DNA of 64,000 nt from NCBI GenBank assembly GCA_951804945.1, contig OX638154.1:34410001-34474000 (forward strand), read 5' to 3'. Positions 1 to 14,289 of the stretch are shown here, in pieces. The stretch comes from Podarcis cretensis. Taxonomy: Eukaryota. The position numbers were made by a program, and so were the translations under genes. The number at the start of each line of letters is the position of its first letter. The first letter of the stretch is position 1. The notes under the pieces were generated by a model. It did no database searches. It saw only the letters and a list, made by a program, of their open reading frames with translations, and was not told where the DNA came from.

Positions 1-856
1 TCCAACCTCCCCTCTCCACATGCTGCAGTCCTGGTGGAAAGAAATTGACTCCCCCCGCAAAGCCAACAAGTAACATAGCATAACCTTCCCCAACTTGGTG
101 CCCTCCAGGTGCTTCAGTCCCCAGCATTTCTGACCGAGGCTGGTAGGAGTTGTAGCCCAACAACTCCTTGGGGGGCACCTGGTTGCGGAAGCCTGACCAA
201 ACATGTAGAGTAGTCAGTGTAGAGTAGTCTGGTACCCTCCAGACTGTCGTAAACTAAGTTTTAAATTGTGTTTCAGTTTTTTTATTCTTTTGTTACGGTT
301 TTTATTTCACACTGCATTTTAATGTTTGGCTTTGTGAGCCACGAAGAGAATTCTTATTATGGGGTAGCTGTACAAAGTGCAGGTAATTATTATTTTTTTA
401 AAAAAACAACAACAACCCCAGAACAACCAGGCCATGGACCAAAGAAGGGAGAGATACATTAGGGAGTGGGTAGGACTGGACAGCAGCTGGTGCTGAATTT
501 TCTCTTTAACTACTATCTGTCTGTGAAAATGAGAAGGCTGTTCTCTATTTTCCCTTCCTTGCCAACCAATAAAGGTAATTTCAAAGGTATGCTTCTGTTC
601 ATGCTCAGCCCCTACCCCTCTGCTGATTACTTTCATGCGCTGGGCAGCACAAAGCATGCCAGCCTTGAGTTGACCCCTTGCGAGACCATTTAGCCAAGGT
701 TGATCCAGTAAAACAGTCTTCTTACTTAAAAGAAGTGTGTATGTGTACAAAGCGCCCCCCCCTTCCCCTGCTAAATTCCTTTCATTTTCTGTCCTATCTG
801 GGTATCAGTTTCCTGACTAACAAGTGGGGATAAAAATAGCTTTGTCCTCCTTTGTA

Positions 857-859
<3 letters not shown>

Positions 860-891
<32 letters not shown>
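860..891. repeat. (TG)n microsatellite
   Basis: Direct reading. Confidence 0.98.
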
Positions 892-893
<2 letters not shown>

Positions 894-1297
894 ACGTATT
901 AGGAAAGGGGAAAATTCCCTGTGTGGCAAGTTCCTTTTGCTCTTTTTAATCACATTGGCGTGGGTATTGTTACTGATGTAATTGTCTATTGTGTGGCAAT
1001 CTAAGAATTTAAACAGATTTAAAGTTCCTGGTCAGGCTCTCTAAAAATATAGCCAAAGGCAGCTTATTACAAGACGTAACAGAAAATAATCAAGATGTTG
1101 TGATGGACGTGGTCAAATTTAGGCAGCAGAGAAGAGCCGCATGGCTTTAAATCCTCTGTTGTATTATTTGTGTCATCTGTGAATGCTGCTAATGTAGGCT
1201 AGAGAGCTTGGGAAACTTAGAGGTGTGCACTGCAATACTTATCCAGAAGTAAGTTCAGCGGAGTTCAGTGGAGTTTGCTGCCAAAGAGACTGAAGTG

Positions 1298-1433
1298 CAG
1301 TGGTAGCCAAACTTGGCCCTCCAGCTGTTTTGGGACTACAATTCCCATCATCCCTGGCCACTGGATCTGTTAGCTAGGGATGATGGGAATTGTAGTCCAA
1401 AAACAGCTGGAGGGCCAAGTTTGGCCACCACTG
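1298..1433. mobile_element. Palindromic non-autonomous hAT element (MITE)
   Basis: Near-perfect 136-bp fold-back with CAGTGG...CCACTG ends and an 8-bp TSD ctgaagtg (1290-1297 and 1434-1441). Decayed relatives lie near 80-195, 19780-19895, 26228-26350, 41918-42015 and 47865-48000. Confidence 0.88.
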
Positions 1434-3229
1434 CTGAAGTGTAAGGAGACAAAACCAAACCTCACCCCTGGCATGATCTCACTAGTTGGCTATCCACAAG
1501 TCACTCTCTTCTGTTTCAGCCTCCATTTGCAATATGGAGAGGATAAGACTGACCTACCTTTAAAAGTTGTACAGATTGCAACACGATAATAGATGTGATG
1601 TAGATGGTTTTGTTGAAATATGGCATCCTTTTATAAAATGTTTTATTGATAACCCTGAAGAATGGCAACTACCAAAATCACAGATTCAACGTTGGCAAAC
1701 TTAAATAAATTTATCCATCCGGGGTGGGTGGGGGGGGGGGAGTTGGGATTTTGTGTTTGCATTTGCCCCCCACTTTTTTGTAACTGTTATATATTGGAGA
1801 CTATAAGACCATATTTTCAAATAAGATAATGGCTGTGCAGCACACCCGGACATTCAAAATTCCTATATAGATGCTTGTTGCTGCTGCTGCTGCTGCTGTT
1901 GTATTATTAATATAATGCAAAGGTGCCAAATACACATTGCAGGGAATGTTTACAAACTCTCACATGTGGAAACATGGTTTGCTGATCTATGAAAGTGCAC
2001 AGAAAGTGTCCTTCCGCCCTTGCACATGGGTGGTGCAAGGAGTTATTTTGGAGGTGTTATTCACAAAAACGTGTGCTTAAAACAACAGTTTTAATGGAGT
2101 GGGAGACTGGTCAGAGAGACTGCTGTAGAACTCTCCATGGGCTGCAGAATACGAGGGCTCTGAAGCGAGCGAGGCAGCCTCGGTCTGTCTGAGGCTGCAG
2201 CTGGTCTGCAAGCATGGGGAAAGCATGAAGTGGGAGTTGCTGCACCACAGCCTCTGCAGTCAGGTGGCTGCAATAACTGCAGGGAGGAGATAAATGTACA
2301 GCTACGTCTCCCTCCCTGCCCTGCTCTGAGTAGTGGTGGTGTCCTGGGAGAGTCACAGCAGCTCCAATGACCTAAGTCAAAGAGGATTGGCTCAGCTGCT
2401 CCTGCTCTGGCATCTGGCAGGATGAAAGTGCTGCAGTGGAAGGTGGCTTAGTGACTCAGCACTTTTCTCTCTCTCTCTTGCGCTCTCTCTGTTTTCTCTC
2501 TGCTGCAGTATTAACTCTCTCTTTGCACGGGGCGGGATACCTGCCTGCTCATTTCTCCGATGACAGCTGGTGGACTGGCATGAAGTCTTAAGAGGACAGG
2601 ACTGCATAGTGTTGGAAGATCATGTTGCATTGAACTAGAGGCAATCGGGACATCCTTACTTTGCACTCGTGGGTCTCTGTTGCCTTTCACAGGGCACAGT
2701 GGCACAGAGAATAGCCAGGCACCTCTTAAGTCGTCATGCAAAGGGTGCCCAAACACCTTTCTTCCAGGGGAACTGCACTGCAAGCAAAATGTCCAGAATC
2801 TTGTTTTGTTTTTGTTGTTTTTGCAGCAGGAGAGATGCTTGCACCCATTGCTTTTGGACGAGTTGCCCTTAACTGTTAATCTACCATTCATCAAGTATGC
2901 AACATTATTGCTGAATGCCCCCATGCCACAAGTAAACATTTGTGACATTAAAGGGAAAAAAAAGATAAGTAAGACTAGGATTGGGAGGGGAAAGGAGGAA
3001 TGTAGTTGTGGTTGTTGTGCTCAGGCTGGAGGTGTGGAAAGGGTTCTGGAAGTAGCATGGAGGAGGGTGGGGTGGGGAAGGAAGGCAAACAGTGGGCCAA
3101 ATTATTACAACTTGTAGTAAAGAAGCACATTGATTTTATGAGGTGGTTGTTCTGGAAGCTCATAAGGACAAGGGAAAAGCAGGATTGCATTTTGGGGTGT
3201 GTTTTTTTTAGTTTAGGGGAAAGGTGATT

Positions 3230-3642
3230 AAGAGATGATATGAGACAAGTTTATAAAAAAGTTTTTTTCCTCCCTCTCTCTTAAAACTAGAACTTGTGGG
3301 CATCCAGTGAAGCTGACTGTTGAAAGATGAATGCTAAAAGAAAGTACTCGTTCATGCAGCGCATAGTTAAACTATGGAACTCACTGCCACAGGAAGCAGA
3401 GATGGCCACCAAATTGAATGGCTTTAAAAAGGGGGTTGGAGAAATTCATGGAGGATATGGCAATCAGTGGCTGGAGGCAGTAATGCTTCTGAATACCAGT
3501 TGGTGGGAGCTGCTGGAGGGCAGAGTGATCTTGTACTGTGTTCTGCTTTGGGTTTGCCACAGGCACCTGGTTTGCCGCTATGAGAACAGGACTGGACTTA
3601 GGCCATTGGCCTGATCCAACAGGCACTTCTCATGTTCTTATG
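3230..3642 (+). mobile_element. CR1 LINE 3' fragment
   Basis: ORF2 end RIVKLWNSLPQE, followed by a CR1 3' UTR ending in ttctcatgttcttatg. Confidence 0.85.
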
Positions 3643-6600
3643 ATGGAACAGGAATAGGTGGTTGAGTGATCCAAGTAGGTGCAAGGCATTTTTTATGCAT
3701 GTAGGCAGAATATTGCACTGTTGCATTTTGAAGTAGGATCTCTGGTATTTTCAAGAAAGCTGAAGAGAGGTATGAGTCAATAGAATATCAGTCCCATGAC
3801 TGAAACTGGGACATAAGTGTATCTGGTCTCAAGAAAGGTGTGTTGAGAATACGGGAAGGTGAACCACTCCTGCCTTTCTTTACATAAAAATCCTTTTTTT
3901 GTGCTACAATTTTAATTACCAGAATGACCTGGGAGAAACACTTGCTTGAGTCAGAAACCCAAAGCATAAAGTGTGAGGCAACTAAGAGCTAAAAGCTTGT
4001 TCTGCTACAGGGATCATAGCAGGTCAAAAGCTAAACAAGGTGGAATGTGCTATGCTTCACTGAAGTTTTCGTTTGGTGAAATTCTAAGTTTATGTTCTGG
4101 CAAGTGCAACTTACAGCTTCTGTTCTTGTCTAGCACTTTTTGCTTGAGAGCATTTTAAGGCCAACTGAAAATTTTAACAGATTTTTCTATCTCTGAGTGT
4201 CTTAACTTTCTTATCTCAGTGGTGGGGAACCTCCTCTACATGGGTCTTATTAAGGCCAACCAGACCTCCCTGTTTGGCCTGTGAGCGGGGAGCAGGTAAA
4301 GATGCGGTTGGGCCTAATAGGGTGTTGTACCTGCAAAATTTCATGCACTGCTCTTGGCAAACCTCACAATCATTGAAGTTTCAAAGCACCCTGAACAACT
4401 CTATACAAGTCTTGATGATCAGCTGATTGCCAAGACTTCAAAGCATCAAACATATCATACTGGTGCCTACGTGTTTTAATTTCAAACTGCATGGCTGAGT
4501 GAAAACAGATCACCTGATCTGCCAAACTTGTCCTGCAGGTGGCAGGAGACATAAGGATCTGGCCTGACTGGATCCAGTTCCCAACCCTGATCTATCTGCT
4601 TTGGAAAGTTCAGTGTAGCTTCACTTTTATAGGATCCCCAACAGCCCTGCTGCTTGTGTTCCAACTTGTGCTGCAGATTCTGTTGGAAGAGGGTGATCTA
4701 GTTACCAGAGAAGCGTAATTCTTTAGCTTTTCAACTGAGGCTACCAGCAAGATGCCGCCTACTGCCCAATGTTATAATTCTAGGAACATGTCTGAAACAT
4801 TTCATTACAACATTGCACATTCTCAACCATAACTCTCTTCTAAATGTATCTGAATTCCCTGGTTGACTTGATATCCGTGGAACACGGCTACTAATTTAGA
4901 TGCGGGTGATTCCATTACTTGGGAATATAAATATGCAACCATTCCAGGCAGGGTAAATGTATGCAAAGCCAGTGGAGTTTGTGTGGATAAAGAGACCAGC
5001 ATACAGATGGGATATTGGTTCAGGTGCAAAAGTGTCTTGTTTTTAAGGTTAGGACTGCAGGTTAGGGCTTAAAGTGGTCCTTAAAGACCCATTCGTTTAG
5101 AAGCAACTCTTCTTAGGAGATTATCATGTTGCTTGTTTGCTTTGGTGCTGAAATAGTTCTTAGCTATTTTTATTTATTTGAAAGTTGATCTCTGGACTCT
5201 ATGGTACTTGCACCAATGCTGCTGTTTTCATTAGTATTCTTAGTGCCCCTTATGGTGTGTTAGGATTAGATTCAAACAAACATACAATGTTGGAAGGCTC
5301 TTTGTGAGGATTTGGCCTTAAAGGCAGCCTAAAAAATATCATAAATAAGTGAACACTATTCCCCATTTCTGTAGCAAGTATGTGTATTGAAAAACAGAAC
5401 TGAGCAGGAACAACAGCCAAGCATTCAAACATTTATTGCAAAGGGCATTTAAAACCTCCTATCATTTGGCTAAGAGACCTTTAGAGCTTACCAAGCCAAA
5501 TGCAATCCACCAGTCATGTTTTGTGGGCTGCAAGCACCAGGCATGCAGTAAAGCCACAGGGCTGTGCTTCAGTGGCCTGGTGGATTAAAGGTGGGCAGTC
5601 TTGCCTTTCTGGTGGTCATTTTATGGCTGGATGGAGGCCTGCAGGCAGCCCTTGGACTCTGCAAGTGATCAGTTTAGATCTCCGGTGAGAACATCTGTGG
5701 TCTGTCTCAGGGCCGGGGGAGATAGAGAGGTGGGGCAGGGCTGAAAGACCGTACAAGTTTGATATGTGCATGCAGGAACCGAGTTGGGAGAAGTAGACAA
5801 CGCTGCTGCTTTAGTAGGGAGACATCTTATGGGTGTGTTTTGAGACAGCAACTCTGCGAACATGAACATGAAGATTGTGTGTTGGATTTGCAGTAGATGC
5901 ACCTTTACTTCCTTTCCAAACAAACATGCTACGTGCCTCAAAAATCACCCCCCCCCTTTGAACTTCACAATCTAGACAGAGGTGACTTTGCTTACAAAGA
6001 ACCCCAGTTTACCTTATTGTGATGCTCCATGGGCCTTTATTCTGAATTTGGTCCCCATTCCCCCCCCCCAGGCTCTCCATTAAACAAATGGCTATGCCAC
6101 CATGATTCTGTTTTATGGTCCCAGAACCTGCACATGCCTTAGACTGTGTATATTCCAACATTAAGTGTGTGCTATGATGGTTCTTTTTTCCTTTCCCATA
6201 AGGGAAACTGAACTTGTAGGTGCCAAGACCTGGGGCATTCTTGGCTTGCTTAGGAGCGCTGTTGATTTGCATTCCCTGTATTAGAGTTTACTAGGCACAG
6301 TGGTCTGTAGAGATCGTGCTACCTTTGCATGCACACTGGGCCCTAATCTATTTATTCACTTATTTAGATATTTATATCAGGGTGGTGTAATAAATTAGGA
6401 ATAAATTAGGAAAACATTAAAAGCAGTTGATACAAATGGACCTTTTGGGTTTCCTTTTCTTTGTTTGTTTACATAACACAGAAGTGATGGATCAAAATTA
6501 CACGGGTGCCATTTAAAAATAGTTTCCTAGGAGTGATGTAGGAACTACTGCAGAAGTGGTGGCTACCATGTGGCTCCACAGCATCTGTAGACGGTATCTT

Positions 6601-6876
6601 GGTGTAGATTATTACATCTTCTGAAGGTAGTATCAAGAAAGTGGGAGGGAGTAATTCTTAGTTCAAGGGCAAGCAGTAGTCAGTGTGCCTTTTTGGTGGA
6701 GGAGAGATGTGGGGAGATACGATTTGCAGTTGGAGTAGGATATGAATGACCCAGTGGTTTGACTTAACATGCTTACTATTAATATTATTATTAATTACCC
6801 ACCCTTCGCCATAAGTCCAGGGTGGAACACAACAATTTAAAATACAATATTAAAAACAATTTAAAATGAATTAGTC

Positions 6877-7146
6877 NNNNNNNNNNNNNNNNNNNNNNNN
6901 NNNNNNNNNNNNNNNNNNNNNNNNNNNNNNNNNNNNNNNNNNNNNNNNNNNNNNNNNNNNNNNNNNNNNNNNNNNNNNNNNNNNNNNNNNNNNNNNNNNN
7001 NNNNNNNNNNNNNNNNNNNNNNNNNNNNNNNNNNNNNNNNNNNNNNNNNNNNNNNNNNNNNNNNNNNNNNNNNNNNNNNNNNNNNNNNNNNNNNNNNNNN
7101 NNNNNNNNNNNNNNNNNNNNNNNNNNNNNNNNNNNNNNNNNNNNNN
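6877..7146. other. Assembly gap (270 N)
   Basis: Run of N. Confidence 1.
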
Positions 7147-7203
7147 GGTCAACAGATTTAGAAGGCACCAGATAAACCTATGGGGGGGGGGATTCAACAA
7201 TGA

Positions 7204-7204
<1 letters not shown>

Positions 7205-7238
<34 letters not shown>
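7205..7238. repeat. (AC)n microsatellite
   Basis: Direct reading. Confidence 0.98.
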
Positions 7239-7240
<2 letters not shown>

Positions 7241-8972
7241 ATTTGGCCTTGTTTGGCCATAATATTACTGGTCCAACAAACTGTGGTCTTTTGGTGCATG
7301 AATGAGCACCAAATTTCAGGGTTCCCCATTTCCCTCCTTTGTCTCTGCTCCTCTCACACACACATCTTCAGAAAATACTTCCTCATTTGTTAAATCAGAG
7401 TTTTCCCCTTGACATCTGTACCAGTTTCCTTAAGTGCACTTCACAAACCAGCACCAGCTGACTTAAGTGCACTTTACAAACCACATTTGTAAACCACAAT
7501 CTGAAACTGTACAATCCCATGGGGTTCAGGGAGAGTGTGAGGAAATCTTTTAATGGGGTCTGCCCTAATACCATGAAGCAGCAAGAATCAGGAAAACTTC
7601 AGGGACTATTTATTTGTGAACAACAGATCAACAACTCAGTATGGCAGCTGGGACTTGCTACACAGGAAAGCTTATGGTTCCCACTGAGCTGTGGAGGAAG
7701 CCAGAGCGCGGTGTTTCTTAAAGAGACAGGCCACACACACTACAGAAACTTGCTTGCGCTTGTTGCTTGTTCCTTCTCTAACAATCCATAGTTTGTTGCA
7801 CCAAGAACATAAAGCAAACCAAATAATCCGAGATACCTTAAAAACGAACAGACTTATTTTGGCATAAGCCTTCATGGACCAGCGCATGCTTGATTTAGAT
7901 ACATGAAGTGTTGTCTGCATGGACGTGTGTTTATGCATTTGACAAAATCAGCCCTAGGTCATGAAACCTTATCCTGCAATGAATTTGTTAACAAGATCAG
8001 ATTGTAAGTTATCTCTTGGTAAAGGAGACCAACCAAATAATATATAAGTGTTGGTGATTGCCCTAGTTATTTCCCTATATTGCTGTCATTTCTTACCAGT
8101 TTGTAAGATTGTGGGCCAGGAGTGCCATTACAAACATGCTTCATGGAACAGAAGTTCCTGGTAAGAACACTGCATCTTACTTGTCTGTAAGGCCATTTTG
8201 GAACACTCAGAATGGGTATAAATTTATACTTGGAAGGTTTCCTATGCAAGCCCCATTAAAATTAATGTATTTGCATTTTTCATGGGTCCTCTCTCCTTCT
8301 TTGGGGCTCTCTCAGAATTCATTTATAGTGAATGGAACCCTGTGCTGCGTATGACATGATCACTTTCCTTCAACCTTATCGGGGCTTATAAAGAGTGCCT
8401 TGATAAAAACAACTTAAAAGAAGAAGGGAAAAGGAGAGCCGTGCATGGAGAATGAGACTGAACTAATTCTTGTTTGAAGACAATGCTATTCATAAAAATG
8501 AGAGACAGTTGAGCTTTCATAATCGAAAAAGAGAGTTGTCTTCTAATTTTATTTTCATAAACTGAATTAGCACTATGCCCAATTGACAGTGTTTGTAGTG
8601 TGCCTGCCAATTAAGTTTCTAGCTTCGTCCAGCTTTACAGATTTCTATATCAACATGAATTGTATTTCCAAATGTGATCTCATGAGACACCGTAAACAGA
8701 TACTCTGCAGGAAGTCCACAAAAGAATATCTTCCCTGACGCTCATTCTGCAATTTGGTAACAAAGGGAAGGGGTATGTCAAACATAATTTGCTTGTTTGC
8801 TTGCCAAGGGCTGTGCACTCCTTGCATGTGCGTCTTGGATTTTTACCTAGCAATTTGTTTCCACTCACTCTCTGATATGCAGTCTGGCACTGAAGTTACT
8901 GGAGTCGACTCCGGTTGGTAACTGAGATGACTGTTCTGCCCCACTCATTCAAACACATGCAGCATGTATTCT

Positions 8973-8990
8973 ATAGATAGATAGATAGAT

Positions 8991-9030
<40 letters not shown>

Positions 9031-9047
9031 TAGATGATAGATAGATA
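8973..9047. repeat. (GATA)n microsatellite, interrupted
   Basis: Direct reading. Confidence 0.97.
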
Positions 9048-9789
9048 ATTGAAAAAGGAAAGTTAAAAATTTTGCATTTCAAGAAATAAATTATCACTCA
9101 AATACATAATATATATTTAATAAATGTATTGCTTTTATTCATACCCTGCTTCAATTTAGACACTTACAGTTTAATCATCTTTATATCTTATGACATCCTT
9201 ATATCTTAAGACATTCTCACAGAAACATGAAGCCAAATCTCTTGAAGTCAAATTGTCTTTCAGTATTATTCACTACAGAACCCCAACCGACATATACAAG
9301 ACACCACATTTTTTTAAAAGATCTTTGCGAGGAACCCCAACATTTTAATATGCATGATCTGCTCTTCAAACCAGTTTGTGCTGTGCCCCACCAAAACATA
9401 AATCCATACTCACGTCTGTATTTCTGATTCCACAGGTCAGTCTGATAAATCAAAAAGGAGGAGGGAGAGTGGGCCTCACTGTCAATTACCCGCTAGTAGC
9501 AAGTGTTATGAGCACATGCCATTTATTATACATGGAAACAGTCATGTGGATTATGGAGGAAACCAAGGCTTGAAGGGGTGGCTTGCATAAATTTCCAATT
9601 CTGTTGCTTACCCTGGTGACAAATTTCATGCCAGTTCTTAATTTTCTTGATAAAGGGGCAACCAGGTTTAAAAAGGAGTCTTATGTTGTCTGAACCTTGG
9701 TGCTTGTGCAGAGTGCACGGGATGGGATGGGGTATAACCAGTTGTAGGCATTTGGCTAGGACTGCTGTCAATCTTCATTTGTCAAAGAA

Positions 9790-10085
9790 GTAAGCTAATA
9801 ATTAACACATGACAGTGGATCCTTCACAGCTTTATGAAGCATCAAGACAAGTCGCAAACCAGTTGGAGCTGGAAAAAGGCACTTTAAGCCATTCCAAGTC
9901 ACCTGAGCCTCCAACTGACAGTGTCAAATCCAGTAGCACCCCCAGGCTGTGGACCAGCTCCTTCCAGGGGAGTGCTATTCTCTTCAGGACAGGCCATCTC
10001 CCCACCTCCCAGACTTGAGAGTTTGGGATGTATGACACCTCTGTCTTTTCAGGATTCAGCTTCAGTTTATTGGCCCACACCCAGC
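9790..10085 (-). mobile_element. L2-clade LINE RT fragment
   Basis: Contains WVWANKLKLNPEKTEV and a VHSLGVLLD motif. Confidence 0.8.
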
Positions 10086-10712
10086 CCATCACTGCTTATT
10101 TATAACATTGGCGTGGGAATCACTTCTTCCTTCCTTCTGTGCCAGCCATATTTCAACATCTTTCAAAGAGCTTATTTGAACCACCAAGGGCTGCAGCATG
10201 TCCGTGGGTCCCCCCCCCCCGAATTGTTTTTAGATCTGCTGCTTTTAAATCTGCTGCCAAGAGTGGAAGGAATTCCTCTTCTAAGATAGAGGGGAAAGGG
10301 GGGACACACCTTGCTGTTTATAAGGCCCTGGTGTGGATGAAGACTTAGGCCTTTTAGGATCTGCAGAGTCACGGCTCATTAGCAGCACCAGTGAGGTTGT
10401 AAATGCCTTCACTAGGGTTCAGAAGGATTTAGGAGGTCTCTCCATTAGGCACTGTGACACACTGCTTGAAGCGTAGCTAAGGTAGGGAGTTCATCAAGGC
10501 TTGTCTGGTCCAGTAGTCATCTTGTTAGGAAGTCTTGCTGGCCATCTCTTTTTCTTAAGCAGAGTACTAGTTATTACTAGCTCAGAATGGTTACTGTATT
10601 CTTAATGGGAGCCCAAATTAATGGGAGGCTGTGGTTCTGAAAGAGAGACAGAGAGTGACAGCCAGAGAAGTTTGAGTAGAAGACTGAAAGGATATTGGGG
10701 TGGTCTCATGTA

Positions 10713-11068
10713 GGGGATGTGGGTGGTGCCGTGGTCTAAACCACAGAGCCTAGGGCTTGCCGATCAGAAGATCGGCGGTTCAAATCCCTGTGACAGTGTG
10801 AGCTAGCAGTCACAGATCCTGCCCACCTAGCAGTTCAAAAGCATATCAAGTGCAAGTAGATAAATAGGTACCACTCCGGTGGGAAGGTAAACGGCGTTTC
10901 CGTGCGCTGTTCTGGTTCTCCAGAAGCAGCTTAGTCATGCTGGCCATATGACCCGGAAGCTGTCTGCAGACAAACGCCGGCTCCCTCGGCCTCTAGAGCA
11001 AGATGAGCGCCGCAACCCCAGAGTCGTCCACAACTGGACCTAATGGTCAGGGGTACCTTTACCTTTTA
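10713..11068 (+). mobile_element. Sauria SINE, full length
   Basis: tRNA-like head, aagtagataaataggtacc core, (ccttta)n tail and a short TSD catgtag(gg). Confidence 0.9.
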
Positions 11069-12829
11069 CATGTAGGGTAGCAGAACTGTTGCATGCTAAG
11101 AACGCTCGTGCTGTTTTCCTCCACCTGTGCTCTACTTGTATGTCTGCAAATGAACCAAATCATACAAAAACACCATAGATCTCTCTTCTCCAAAGGAAGT
11201 CAGACCCTAATGAATGCTGCCCTTGGAATTCTCACTGCTCAAGAAGTGGGAAGCCTGCACACTGCAGAAATCCATAGATTGGATCATCCCAAAGCTATAA
11301 TACTTGTGAAGGATTGTTTGTTCTATTTGTTTGTTTAGCATTTTTAATCTTCTGTTTCAGACCTGTGTTTAATTCTGTGGGATGTGGAGAAGAACTTGAC
11401 ATTTGCTTTTTAAATGAAACCAACAGCAGTCCCAATAAGGTTAATTTTTCTCCAAAGCTTCCCCCTGACACAAACTAAGGATATAAACATCCTAGACTGT
11501 GGTGCCACTGATCCCATCTTCCAAACTTACTTATTTCTTCATTGAGGGAGATTTGGGAAAGTTCAGTATCTTGGAAATTTTTAAATGGCCCATTTTATTT
11601 CTCCCCCAAGTTATTAATGGTTTTGCTGTCCTTTTCTTCTGAGGCAAATACATAAAAGCCCTTCTCATTTCTCTTTAACTGCAACGACAGGCACTGTTAA
11701 TTCATTCACCATGCTTGCTGCACTTATCTATTCCTTACAACCCTCTGACACTGAACTTTCCTCCTGAAGGCCCTACATTTTTTTGCAATTTTGAATTTAG
11801 CTATTTGGAGAACACTTGCAGGAATTTGGACTTGCTGCTGTTTCTAGGCAGAGTTCAGTGGCTGCAGAGGTATGTAGAAAGCCACATGCAGCTAATGCAA
11901 CCATTTCTATTTTTTAATGGTTGAAAAAGGTCAGACATCTGTGGTGATCCTTGGGGAGGTGGAGAAAGGATCCAGAATCTGAAGCACAGCAATACCTTGA
12001 TTAGAACCAACCAAAAAGTGACAAAAGAGCAAATTCTCCATCAGGGTGGATGTTAAGCAAACCATGGAGTAGGGAACAAACCGTAGAAGATTTTACGATC
12101 TCCAGTCGTAAATCATGAGGGTGTTCCAGCACGTTTCCTTACGTGTGTGCTAGTTAGCAGAGTAGCAATTGCACAGCATCATGTCTAAGGATCAAGTTGT
12201 GCATAGACGATGGCAATAAATCACTCATGGAAGCAATGAAACTCAGTCAAGCATTGTTTACTTGAAAGGCAATAAACAATCATGTTGGTAGAAGACTGTT
12301 TACAACTTTACTACCATCAGATAGCAAGGCACACTTCACCCCTACATGTTGCCTGTATAAAGCTCAGGCCTGACTGCAGAGACAGAGCTTGCAGTCTCTT
12401 CCCATGTCCATAGTTAAGAGCTCCACAGCTATTTGTTTAGTCTACAACCACAAACCCCTGTGTTGCAAAATGTGACAATCTACAAAAATGCAAACGCAAC
12501 ATTCTGGCTAATAACTGTTAGTAAATATATAATTGGTATGATGTCATTCAAAATATACTAATAAGTCACTTCAGCGTTCCTCGCTATTCATTGGTTGTTT
12601 GAATCTTTGCTTGACTCTGATACATATAACAAGTTGCAGTTACTTGTATATTTTGTGAGATGTGGTATATGATATATATTATTTTGAAGTGGCTTTGTTT
12701 AGTCTACAGCAGCCTATAATCTTGCACTATGATGCTTCGAGAATCTTCAAGAATCTTCTCTCAGTTTCTGGAAATGAATGACTCTCACACACTTATTATA
12801 ATGCAAACTGGCATGCTGTTAAGGCTACA

Positions 12830-13205
12830 GGGAATGCGGATGGTGCTGTGGTCTAAACCACCGAGCTTCTTGGGTTTGCTGATCAAAAGGTCAACGATTA
12901 GAATCTGTGCAAAGGAGTGAGCTCCCATTGCTCTGTCCCAGCTCCTGTCAACCTAGCAGTTCGAAAGCATACCAGCACAAGTAGATAAATAGGTACCATT
13001 GTGGCGGGAAGGTAATCTGCGTTTCCATGTGCTCTGGCATTCTTCACAGTGCTCCGTGAGCCAGAAGCAGTTTAGTCATGCTGGCCAGATGACCCGGAAA
13101 AGCTGTCTGCGGAAAAAGCCGGCACCCTAGGCTTGAAAGTGATGAGCGCTGCACCCCATAGTCAAATTTGATTGGACTTAACCATCCAGGGATCCTTTAC
13201 CTTTT
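12830..13205 (+). mobile_element. Sauria SINE, older copy
   Basis: Same head, core and cctttacctt tail as 10713-11068. Confidence 0.85.
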
Positions 13206-14161
13206 CCTAAACCTTTCCTCAGCCCTGGCATAGTGGTTCAACAAGCCTGAATGTGGGAAGAAGGGCTCTGAGCATTTGAAACACTCCAAAGCACTGTGTA
13301 GGACAAAGGTGAAGAACTTAAGCTCTTGTCAGGAATTTATAGGTAACCTTTTAAAATTTGCAACAGGAGTAGTGATTCTAAAGGCTTTGAAAAGCAGGAC
13401 ATGTTATTTTTTTGTTGGCCAGTTCTTTTAAAATGGCCTCTTTCTGCTCTTTTAACAATAAGTTGCTAAATCAGCTCTGATTCTGAACCAAGATGGGAGA
13501 CCTTAGATCCAGTTTTGTGGATCTGAAAATAAATGCTGAACTAGATGAGACAGGGGAGTTTTATGATCACTAAAAAAAAAAAAAAAGGAGCTCTGTTAAG
13601 GGACAGAGCAGTGAAGGGCTAATAGCTCCACCCTGTAGCAGCTTTAGGGGTTAGACAGGATTAAGAGTGGGGGCCATGTGGGAAGGTTAAACCCTCTCCA
13701 ATCCCAGCCTTGTGTCTACAGCCGACTTTGACCTGCTGTCCAGCACTGAAGAAAACCATGATGGGCGGGGGGGCAGTCTGACCACAGGTCTTCCATTGTC
13801 TTGTATAATTTGATTCCAAGATGGCAACTGTATGGGTTTTTTTTCCTGGACATTAAAAAGAACAGGGGACTAATTATGCAACAGCAAGCACAGGAAGTGG
13901 AGTTGGAGCACTCATGGAAGGGAATCGCCACTACAGTCCTATCTCCTAAAGAGAATATCAACCTATTCTGTGAATTAGCAATTTACTCTGGACTGGGGTT
14001 TGCATGTTTCAGCGTATAAAGTAGAACTGAGGTGGGTGGGGCTAGTTTGGGTCAATTGCCTCCAATTCATTAGCCACTTCAGTAGCAAAGGTAAGAAAGA
14101 TGTATGGGTCTGATCCTTCCCTGCCCCAACCATGTCCAAAGAAGGACATTAGATGACTTTT

Positions 14162-14289
14162 NNNNNNNNNNNNNNNNNNNNNNNNNNNNNNNNNNNNNNN
14201 NNNNNNNNNNNNNNNNNNNNNNNNNNNNNNNNNNNNNNNNNNNNNNNNNNNNNNNNNNNNNNNNNNNNNNNNNNNNNNNNNNNNNNNNN
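14162..14289. other. Assembly gap (128 N)
   Basis: Run of N. Confidence 1.

Noticed and set aside
476-498. REST/RE1-like half-sites (ggacagc...ggtgctgaa; also near 5143 and cagcaccacgg near 36572)
   Set aside because: None matches the full TTCAGCACC-NN-GGACAG arrangement. They are half-sites or in the wrong orientation.
7429-7485. Short direct repeats (also 204-231 and 41820-41858) as a CRISPR-like array
   Set aside because: Each has only two units, consistent with local slippage in a eukaryotic genome.
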